Shown here in pieces: positions 20,139 to 30,272 of a stretch of DNA of 36,285 bases; the stretch's first letter is position 1; every line of letters begins with the position of its first letter. Where the stretch lies: NCBI RefSeq assembly GCF_004010195.1, contig NC_057718.1:38335191-38371475 (forward strand), read 5' to 3'. The position numbers and the translations under genes were made by a program. Source of the stretch: Chiloscyllium plagiosum. Lineage: Eukaryota. Under the pieces are notes generated by a model that searched no databases, was not told where the DNA came from, and was given only the letters and a program-made list of their open reading frames with translations.

Positions 20139-21882
20139 TCGATTCAGAAGGCACAATCCTTGTGCTTTAAACACAGTTCAAAAACCAGTCTCTCCCTGCC
20201 AGACTAAGCATCTCCTCACAAGGTCCTGATTAATATTCAACATCTGGCACCTGCTTGACTATAAGGCCCCTCCAAAGATGAAGTGTCTACAGCGTACTTT
20301 CTTTTTAAAACAAGAAATACCAGCAATTAACCTTCAGGTCTGGCTTTAAAAACAAAATAAAGTTTGTTTTTCTTTTATAAACACAAGCTGCTGCTCACAA
20401 TCCCAAGGTCGCCTTTTAGGTCTCAACTCACAATTCACAGCTCCAAATTAAAAATAAGAAAAAGAATAAAATAAAATAGTGGAAAATATATGACGGTTCT
20501 AATATGTTTAAACGTCTTACGAATAAAGAAAAATATCATGAAAATAAGCATGGCGAGTAGAAGGATACTTATTCCCCCATTCCTTTATATTCCATATTGT
20601 CAGTTGGATCCAGGCAAGTTGATTTATATTGAGGAATCACAAACTTGCTCTTTCCACTATATATGTTACAGCTGTTACTTGTAAAGTTTGGGCAATTCAT
20701 TTTTTAACAAACAATTTTAACCTAAAAAATATTAATTATGTTATAGACAATAACATGTTTTCATTTTATTCAATAATTTTTATTTCCTGCCTCTGTAAGT
20801 TACTAATCCCTATTAGGTGATTATCAGAAGGCAGGAAATCATTTCCAGATAATATGACTGCTTTCTTTTTCTCCTTTTTGTTTTAAAAGAAACGTAATTC
20901 TACCTGACAACCATGACAAAACTTCCAGAATCGGATTAATTTTATATTTGCATGCTGCCTCAGACAGCACTTGGTGCAGCAGACATTGGTGCTGAGTTCT
21001 CTCTCTGCTTCATTTTGTAAAGGCAGAATACCTCACAAATTAAAAGTTTTCGGATTTGATTCTTCCATAAAGTCATCTGATCTGGATAGCAGTCAGGTTC
21101 ATAAATTGTCTTGGGCAAAGAAGACTGATTTTGACCATATTCTCTGCAGGTTTAATAGCCAAGTTTCTGTCCTGTTCTGGGTCAATCTTAGATCTGACCT
21201 GAATAAAGTTGAGGCAACCTACTGGTACATCAATTAGTGTTTTGCTCAAATGTTCCAGACCATCCGGTATATTGCACTTGTTTTGAGCATTTGTAATTTA
21301 AATATTGTCGGCAACATCAATCCTTTGAGATTAGAGCAACGAATAGTGCGCTGAAATCTTTAAAAACTGGGCTCAGTTTTAAGAAATGAAGTCCAAACAA
21401 TTTGGCTTAACAGAGCTTTTCTGTTCTGCACAGAATTTAAGCATTAAGGGGCCATATGTATAAACTAATGGCAACAAAATAGGAAAAGCAGACTGTATCC
21501 TTTAACTTAAGGACTGATAATAAAATGAAATGGTTGCCAAGGTGATGAAACAAGAAAGAAATAGGCTCTTTTCGACAAACAGAATTCAGGGCTATTACAA
21601 ATGCACAAAGAAAAAATGTACAGATGATTGTGGGGTGGGGACTGGATTTGAGATATATGAAGGTCTTCTGATTGAAACTGTTATTCCATCTTTATTTTTC
21701 CGAAGGTGGGAATACCACATCAGTATTTTACTTTAAGGTGGAACTGTAAAACATAAGGTCTTTTCATCAAACATGTCAGCTACGAGCAACATTTATAGTG
21801 TTTACATTTGAAATGAATGTGACCATCATTTCTGGTGCCCATATATTCAGTGAGATTTGCTCTGCTGTGCCTCTTGCTGCTA

Positions 21883-21966
21883 GTTTTATTTGAAGCAGTT
21901 CCAAATTTGGGTTTTGTTTGAAGCAGTTCCAAATTTGGATTTTGTTTGAAGCAGTTGCAAATTTGA
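21883..21966 (+). repeat. Tandem repeat, 3 x 28 bp
   Basis: Unit RTTTTRTTTGAAGCAGTTSCAAATTTGR at 21883, 21911 and 21939, with no spacers. Confidence 0.92.
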
Positions 21967-23380
21967 AAGTGAATATTTCTTTCTGAGTACAGTTTGTCAG
22001 GTAGATTTGTGAAAGCTGCATTATAACTCTGAGCAAAGGCACTTTAATTCAGAAATAGTCATGTCGAGGTTGTCTTGGGTGGTTTCTTTTGCTTGGAGCA
22101 CAAGGTATGGCTTTCAGCCCAAGTGACTGCCAGGTTCCCTGGTTTACTTTTCTGAAAATAGTTTCTTCATGATCAAATGACACTGTAAGCAAAAATAGCA
22201 ACAATATTTTAATTAGATTCAAATATTTTTACAAATGTTTTCAAATCTGATTGCACTCTGCAAACTGAAAATTGTCGGTACAAATTATTTTCCCTTCAGT
22301 TGTTCATTTATCCCATCTTAAAAGCTGTTTCAATTCTCACCTTTTTACCTTATGTTCTTTTGTTAGGATAAAAATGTTAATTTGATCTAATATTTTCATC
22401 TTTGGAAATTAGTTTGATGCTAAAGACTTTGATTCCAGGGCACAGCTCTTCTTTTGTTATTCATATTTTCTCCAGATGTATCTTGTATTTCTTGCCCATG
22501 ATGATTCCCTTTGATTTTACAACATGAAACCTTTAGCCATTTAATCTGTGCAATCCTCTGCTGTTATCATAAATTTTTGTTCTTCCTCCTATTCTCCATA
22601 ACTGGCTAACCAACCCTGCTGCACCCCTTTATCACTTGCTCAAAACCAGATCTGGTAAAAGATCAATGAAATGTTCAGTCTGATTTTCTCTTGCAAATGT
22701 TACCAGATGTGTATTTTGATTTTTGAGCATTCTTTATTTTTATTTCAGATTTACAGCACGTGCACCATTTGCTGTTGAACTACCCCATTACATATATTGA
22801 TTTATATTATGCCTTTACATTAATTTATATAATGCCTTTAAATACTATAAGGCACTTCAGAGAATTAGAAGGATGTAATGTAAAAATGACAAGTGGTTAT
22901 AGAACAACTGTTCAGTTACAGCAATGTGCTATTGTGGGTCTATTTCTTTAGCAAAAATGAATGGGTCAGAAATAAATCTGAGGATGCAGTGTGCTTATTA
23001 GTCTCAAAATTTCTTCATAATCTAATAGGATCTAGCTGTCCAACTAGAACTAGGGAATAGATGATGGTTTTATGTTAGTTAATGGATGATTGGATAAAAA
23101 ACAGTATAAATATGGAGAAACAAGCAATCAGTGAGTTGTATGTTTAGGCTGGAATTAAAGCAAGTAGAAAAGTAAATGTCTGGACTTTGTCTAACCAACT
23201 CTTAACCTCTGGTCTCTATCATTCTACTCTAAAAAGATATTTAACATCTATCTGTAAGAAAATCTTAGAATGGTTAAACAAACACTTTTAAAAGTTAATA
23301 TAAACTTTTGTTAAGCATATTTGTGTGAATATGGAATTGGGACTGTAACATTGGTCTATCAACTTTATAATTTAATACAG

Positions 23381-23494
23381 ATCAAATCAAAGACTGTGGC
23401 ACAGTGTGTTGAATATTACTATACTTGGAAAAAGGTCTTGCGATTAGGTCGAAAACACAGGACCCGTCTTGCAGAAATGGAGGCAGAGAGAATG
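23381..23494 (+). CDS. TRERF1: Internal coding exon, C-terminal half of the SANT domain plus a basic segment (TRERF1-like)
   Basis: 114-bp phase 0/0 exon with acceptor taatacAG (23379-23380) and donor ATG|GTAAGT (23495). Reads [38 protein letters not shown] and joins the previous exon in frame. [19 protein letters not shown] fits TRERF1 rather than MIDEAS or ZNF541 (from memory). Confidence 0.92.
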
Positions 23495-24007
23495 GTAAGT
23501 AGAAATCTGAATATGAAGGAGTCAGTGATCACATGTTATTAGATTTTAAAACAGGTGGTCAACTGTTTATTTTCAAGGTGAGCATTTATTACTTGATCAA
23601 TATATATTAGTTAATCGTGGTAGATGAGTTTAAGTCAGGTGCAGGCAAGGTACTGAACATGTACAAAAGGCAAATACCATGACATTGAAAATCGAAAACA
23701 TAAATAGAAAATGCTGGAAATGGTGAACACGCCATCTGACTATGGACTGTTTCCAGTATTTTTGTTTAAATTGCTGAGAATTTATAGTCAGTCTATTCTT
23801 GAATAATGGTAGTCCTCTGTGGTTAATACTGCTAAGAGGCTGGTGAAATTTTGATTGACGTTGATTTGGAATCGTGTATCTGAAGAAATGATACTAATGA
23901 TTTAAGATGTGTAAATTACCTAAGGCAGTCTGTTTAAACAGTCCTATTAATTTAATCCATTCATTAAGGAAATTTAATTGAATTGATTAGTTGTTGAGGA
24001 CATGTAT

Positions 24008-24264
24008 TTAGATTAGATTAGATTAGATTACTTTACAGTGTGGAAACAGGCCCTTCGGCCCAACAAGTCCACACCGACCCGCCGAAGCGCAACCCACCCA
24101 TACCCCTACATTTACCCCTTACCTAACACTACGGACAATTTAACATGGCCAATTCACCTGACCTGCACATCTTTGGACTGTGGGAGGAAACCGGAGCACC
24201 CGGAGGAAACCCACGCAGACACGGGGAGAATGTGCAAACTCCACACAGTCAGTCGCCTGAGGCG
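24008..24264 (-). mobile_element. HE1/V-SINE-type shark SINE, 5'-truncated, with (TCTAA)n tail
   Basis: V-domain ggaggaaaccggagcacccggaggaaacccacgcagacacggggagaatgtgcaaactccacacag. Minus-strand tail ggccgaagggcctgtttcc is shared with the CR1 3' ends. The tRNA head is absent. Confidence 0.88.
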
Positions 24265-25039
24265 TGTTGTTGAGAGCTTGTGTCGGCCTCAATTATAAAG
24301 TTGATTTTACATGTATATTTGAGTTTTCTTTTATGACTCTCTTTTCCTTTGAAGTTCATCAAATTTGTTTTTACACAAGGACATAACAATTGGTGCAGAT
24401 TCTAGCACCATTACTGCCAGTTCTATTATAGTCAAGGAGAAATGTGTTCATTTCAGTGGGAGATGGAGAATCACAGGGGTTGAATGTTACCACCATCTTC
24501 CTTGATATCTGAAACATAAAAGTATTTTTTGAACAGCTTTAACTTTTTAAATCTCCAAATGTTTTATACATTTGCAGGGAGGTAGGAATATGAAAAATGG
24601 AGAATTTAGCGTGTGATTTGTACATCAGAAAAGGAGAACAGAGATGACCTTCTGTTATTGTAACCTCATAGAGACCACAAGAGGAAAAGACTGCAGTGTA
24701 TGATGAAGGGAGTGAAAAGCAAGACTGCAAAAAGAAAGGAGGGTAGGCAATTCAGGGAGGAGGATATATGAGGGTTTTGGTTTAAATTATTAAGCATGAG
24801 TAGTCATGTGGTTTTAACTTTCTCTCTGCCGTAAGGGGATTAGCCAGGGTCTTGGAGAGCTTGTACATGACGAGGAATTTAACAAGATGGAAGGATATTG
24901 TTAGGTTGAAACATGTTTCTGGCCTTTGTACCATAAATTATCTATTTGGCTAATGTGCCTATGCTATCTGGTAAGTAATGATCTGAGTAGGTATCAGTAC
25001 TTCAGGTCCACATCAAAGTACTCTTCAAATGCGGAAAGG

Positions 25040-25630
25040 CAAACCGTGATCCAGACTCCGCCACCCTCTGGGGAAAGAAAACTGTCCACAATTTCCCACT
25101 AATCCTGTATCATTCACTTCTAAATTCATGCCTTTGTTACTGAGCACTCTATTAAGGAAATGGGCTCTCTTTGGAGAGTCTAGGATCAGAAAGTCTAATT
25201 CAAGTTAAGGGGTCATCCATTTAAGACACGAGGAGCAATTCTTTTCTCTGAGGGTCATGAATCTATGGAATTCTTTATCACAGAGACCAGTTGAGGCTGC
25301 ATCCTGAAGAATATTCAAGGCTGAGATTGACATAATAGTAAGGGCATTAAGGGGCATGTGGAAAAAGATGGAAGGTGTGTTGAGGGTTATCAGATCAACT
25401 ATGATCTCATTGAATGGTGAATCAGACTCGATGGACAGAATGGCTTACTTCTGCTCCTGCATCTTATGAAACAGTCCCAACTTGTTTCCCTCAGCTAACA
25501 TTTTCCCGTCATGGAAGCACTCTCCAGTCTCTCTTGTACTGTCACTAGTATATTCACATTCTTCCTGTCATACACTGATGGAATGTACACAATACTTTGG
25601 CTGTGGCCTCATTATTATTTTATATTTATT
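25040..25630 (-). mobile_element. Old minus-strand CR1 fragment interrupted by a plus-strand CR1 3' end
   Basis: ccaccctctgggg...aaattcatgcc on the left; aaacagtcccaac...tgtacacaatactttggctgtggcctc on the right. Confidence 0.5.
25165..25468 (+). mobile_element. CR1 3' fragment
   Basis: ggagagtctaggatcaga...atgatctcattgaatggtg...gaatggcttacttctgctcctgcatcttatg. Confidence 0.75.
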
Positions 25631-25643
25631 ATTGCTGATTCAA

Positions 25644-26320
25644 GGACTGGATTCTATACTTTTTCCCCACCAGTGGATTTGAAGGCAGGTGGCCTTCCTG
25701 TCGCCTAACCATCTACTTCCTCCCTAGCTGAAACATTATACGGGTAGGATGGTAAAGGCACTGGGCAACCCATCTCCATCATACCTGTCAAGGTCTTGAA
25801 GTGACCAATTAATCACCAGTTAAGGACCTCATTCTACTGCTAGATATATTTCATCTGCTGCAGAGGCAGGCCCTGGCTGTCTGGGAAATCTACCAGCTTT
25901 AGCTTCATGGCTTCTGATGAGACAGTGGATGAGGAATCCTCAGTGATGGGACTCCTGGGTTCATGATGACAAGCCCTCTTTCTGCCTCTCCCTCTATCCA
26001 TTTTAATCCTACTCTCTGTCTTCAAACTGGCTCCACACACTTTTCCTGAGACCCTTGACCCCTAACTTACATGGGTTTCATGGCATGGTGGGGTTGCCTG
26101 TAGCTCCAGTGCCAGATGAAGCTGATAGTTCTTCAACTGGTAACTTGCTAAAGCAGGAATTCATCCTGAGAATGGAACAGAAATATCACGTTAAACCAAT
26201 TCATGGTCCTGTCAGCATTCAGTTGCTGCAGGTAGCCATTTATATCATGAATGGGCTGCACCCCGCGACCTTTTAGCTGGGTTTAGGAGGCAGGGAACAC
26301 AGTGCCATAAAATGCAGTCC
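25644..26320. mobile_element. Non-autonomous TIR DNA element, about 677 bp, possibly PIF/Harbinger-like
   Basis: Left end GGACTGGATTCTATA versus the reverse complement of the right end, GGACTGCATTTTATG (12/15). Interior is GC-richer than the flanks. TSD not clear. Confidence 0.5.
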
Positions 26321-26358
26321 AATGCCTCGCAATAAAGGGTGCCTTCTTAGCTACCTGC

Positions 26359-28708
26359 CATAGAGTCATAGAGATGTACAGCATGGAAACAGACCCTTCG
26401 GTCCAACCCGTCCATGCCGACCAGACATCCTAACCCAATCTAGTCCCACCTGTCAGCACCCGGCTCATATCCATACACGTACCACCCTCTGCGTGAAAAC
26501 GTTGCCCCTTAGGTCTCTTTTATATCTTTCCCCTCTCACCCTAAACCTATGCCCTCTAGTTCTGGACTCACCGACCCCAGGGAAAAGGCTTTAGCTATTT
26601 ATCCTATCCATGCCCCTCATAATTTTGTAAACCTCTATAAGGTCACCCCTCAGCCTCCGACGCTCCAGGGAAAACAGCCCCAGCCTGTTCAACCTCTCCC
26701 TTTAGCTCAGATCCTCCAACCCTGGCAACATCCTTCTAAATCTTTTCTGAACCCTTTCAAGTTTCACAACATGAAAGCATACCAAACGCCGCCTTCACTA
26801 TCCTATCTACCTCCGATTCCACTTTCAAGGAGCTATGAACCTGCACTTCAAGATCTCTTTGTTCAGCAACACTCCCTAGGACTTTACCATGAAATGTATA
26901 AGTCCTGCTAAGATTTGCTTTCCCAAAATGCAGCACCTTACATTTATCTGAATTAAATTCCATCTGCCACTTCTCAGCCCATTGGCCCATCTGGTCCAGA
27001 TCCTGTTGTAATCTGAGGTAACCTTCTTCATTGTCCACTACACCACCAATTTTGGTGTCATCTGCAAACTTACTAAGTGTACCTCTTATGCTCACATCCA
27101 AATCATTTATGTAAATGACAAAAAGTAGAGGATCCAGCACTGATCCTTGTGGCACTCCACTGGTCACAGGCCTCCATTCTGAAAAACAATGCTCCACCAC
27201 CACCCTCTGTCTTCTACCTTTGAGTCAGTTCTGTATCCAAATTGCTAGTTCTCCCTGTATTCTGTGATATCTGACCTTGCTAATCAGTGTCCCATGGGGA
27301 ACCTTGTCGAGCGTCTTACTGAAGTCCATATAGATAACATCTACTGCTCTGCCCTCATCAATCTTCTTTGTTACTTCTTCAAACGCACGCACAAAGCCAT
27401 GCTGACTACCCCGAATCAGTCCTTGCCTTTCCAAATACATGTACATCCTGTCCCTCAGGATTCCCTCCAACAACTTGCCCACCACTGAAGACAGGCTCAC
27501 CAGTCTCTAGTTCCCTGGCTTGTCTTTACTGCCCTACTTAAACAGTGGCACGATGTTTGCCAACCTCCAGTCTTCCGGCACCTCACCTGTGACTATCGAT
27601 CATACAAATATCTCAGCAAGAGGCCCATCAATCACTTCTCTAGCTTCCCACAGAGTTCTCGGGTACAGCTGGTCAGGTCCTGGGGATTTATCCACTTTTA
27701 ACCGTTTCAAGACATCCAGCACTTCCTCCTTTGTAATCTGGACATTTTGCAAGTTGTCACCATCTATTTCCCAACAGTCTATATCTTCCATATCGTTTTC
27801 TACAGTAAATATTGATGCAAAATATTCATTTAGTATCTCCCCCATTTTCTGTGGCTCCACACAAAGGCCGCCTTGCTGATCTTTGAGGGACCCTATTCTC
27901 TCCCTAGTTACCCTTTTGTCCTTAATATATTTATAAAAACCCTTTGGATTCTCCTTAATTCTATTTGCCAAAGCTATCTCATGTCCCCGTTTTGCCCTCC
28001 TGATTTCCCTCTTAAGTATACTCCTACTTTCTTTATACTCTTCTAAAGATTCACTCGATCTATCCTGCTTCCTTCTTTTTCTTAACCAAATCCTCAATTT
28101 CTTTAGTCATCCAGCATTCCCTATACCTACCAGCCTTCCATTTCACCCTGACAGGAGTATACTTTCTCTGGATTCTTGTTGTCTCAGTTCTGAAGGCTTC
28201 CCATTTTCCAGTTGTCCCTTTACCTGCGAACATCTGCCTCCAATTAGCTTTCGAAAGTTCTTGCCTAATACTGTCAAAACTTGCCTTTCTCCAATTTAGG
28301 ACTTCAACTTTTAGATCTGGACTATCCCTTTCCATCACTATTTTAAAACAAATAGATTTATGGTAGCTGGTGCCAAAGTGCTCCCCCACTGACACCTCAG
28401 ACACCTGCCCTGTCTTATTTCCCAAGAGTAGGTCAAGTTTTGCACCTTCTCTAGTAGGTACATCCACGTACTGAATCAGAAGATTGTCTTGTACACACTT
28501 AAGAAATTCCTCTCCATCTAAACCTTTAACACTATGGCAGTCCCAGTCGATGTTTGGAAAGTTAAAATCCCCTACCGTAACTACCCTATTATTCTTACAG
28601 ATAGCTGAGATCTCCTTACAAGTTTGTTTCTCAATTTCCCTCTGACTACTGGGGGGTCTATAATACAATCCTAATAAGGTGATCATCCCTGTCTTATTTC
28701 TCGGTTCC
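26359..28708 (-). mobile_element. 5'-truncated CR1 LINE (ORF2), same subfamily as 1643-5578
   Basis: ORFs 28060-28740, 27600-28097, 27225-27500 and 26757-27203 (-) give near-identical peptides to the plus copy; tail catagagtcatagagatgtacagc at 26359. Confidence 0.93.
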
Positions 28709-29434
28709 CTGTTACCTTCAGAGATCTGTGGGCATTCCACTTCAATGTTCCTCTGTTACTCTACAATTCTTGGGGCATTCGATCCTTTGCATTTGCAAAT
28801 ATGCAGTCTGAAATCTATTTTGGACTTCTGAAATTGCGCTGCTCTAAATGCAGCAAGCCTATGGCATTCTGCACTTCACTACACATAGATGTTTTCTAAT
28901 ATGTGGACCTTTGACCTAAGGCTGGTGCCAAAAATGATTTTTTTTAAGCTGTCACAAAGGGGGCTGCACAACAGCCTTTCTGATCACTTAATCCTGTCTT
29001 TGAGGATGGCAGGGTCTGTGGCAATACTGCAAATTTAAACTCTTTGCTGACAAGATGCTCACAGAAACACCAACAGGCACTTGCAGGAGTCTGGTCAGTT
29101 TTAAATGAGGCTCAAGATTGAGTCTACTTGCTTTGACGTGGATCATTATTTTTATTCTGACTGTGTCAACAGTTTTTTCCAATTTTGCCCTCCATAGTTT
29201 TTCCAATTATAGGTCTTTTGAAATGTATGCTTATACAGCTGTCAGTTCCCTGTTCAAGTCCCATTACTTCCATGCCATATTAGATTTTTAAAATATAATC
29301 TGCTGAAAATTGGACTTTATTTTCCTTTTATTTTTTATAAATAATATTGGGCAAAGTGAAAGATGCAGTTTGGTAGAATGTAAAAGGGAGTTTTATACTA
29401 CTTTGTGTGACGTAAAATTCATACCAGGTTTTCA

Positions 29435-29782
29435 TCATAGAGTCATCACAGCATGAAATCATACCTTTCAATCTAATTCATCCACACCGATAAGGTATCT
29501 GAAACTGAACTAATTCCATTTGTCTCCATTCGGCCGATTTTGCTCTAAATCTTTCTGATCCATACCTGTCCAAATGTCTTTTTAAATGTTGCCTCTACCA
29601 CTTTGCAGGTTCCAACATCTTAAAAAACATGTAGACAAGTCTATGAATAGGGAAAGTTTAGGGGAATATGTGCTAGATGCAGGCAAGTGGGACTAGTTTA
29701 GTTTGGGAAACTTGCTCGACATGGACGAATTGGATCAATGGGTCTGTTTCCGTGCTATATGACTCTGTGACTTCCTCTGGCA
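29435..29782 (-). mobile_element. CR1 3' end (minus) containing a nested plus-strand CR1 3' end at about 29604-29769
   Basis: Host reads gcctctaccactt ^ cctctggca across the insert, which ends ctatatgactctgtga. ACTT occurs on both sides. Confidence 0.7.
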
Positions 29783-30272
29783 TCAGTGCAATCCATGTAA
29801 TTTAAGTACTTATTGTATATTTGCTTCATAAATGGATTTATTTCCTCAACTCCATTTCAGATTTCAAATATTAATGCGATGACATTATCCATTAACAGTA
29901 ATCCTAAATCATATTTCATAATGTAGTTATATTTTCATTTGATCAAATTCAGATTCTTTGTCCTTCAATTGCAAGTGTCAGTGTTAAGATCTGATATAAG
30001 CTTATAAAGAAAAATGATCTATCCACACTTAAATGCAGTATTATTCCGTTAATTATGTACCAATTACATTTATTTGCCTCTACAGTAAACTCTGTTTATG
30101 AATGGTTGCATTGGAGTTTTGAGACTGAGGAACTGAATACATTTTACAGTGATTCAACTACTGATTTGACAGATGGTTATTCAAAGTATTCAACATCAGA
30201 GACGCTTACGACACACATTGTTACTATTTTCAGAAGCAAGTAATATGGATCATTTCTAAAGCCATAGTCAAA

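Larger units (their letters stand above)
15166..23380 (+). other. GT-AG intron (8215 bp) splitting the SANT domain
   Basis: Canonical GTAAGA...CAG ends; the flanking exons splice in frame into a continuous SANT domain. Confidence 0.88.

Noticed and set aside
18755..20494. Possible solo LTR (TGTCAC...ATGACG) hosting the CR1, Penelope and MITE insertions
   Set aside because: The right end is not CA and there is no TSD, PBS or second copy; it cannot be supported without a search.
21883..21966. CRISPR-like 28-bp repeats
   Set aside because: No spacers, no cas genes, and a eukaryotic intron context.
24672..24742. Possible next TRERF1 exon (AG|RPQEEKTAVYDEGSEKQDCKKKG)
   Set aside because: Weak acceptor, no resemblance to the acidic run and zinc-finger lead-in I recall for the next exon, and it meets a stop unless a weak donor is used.
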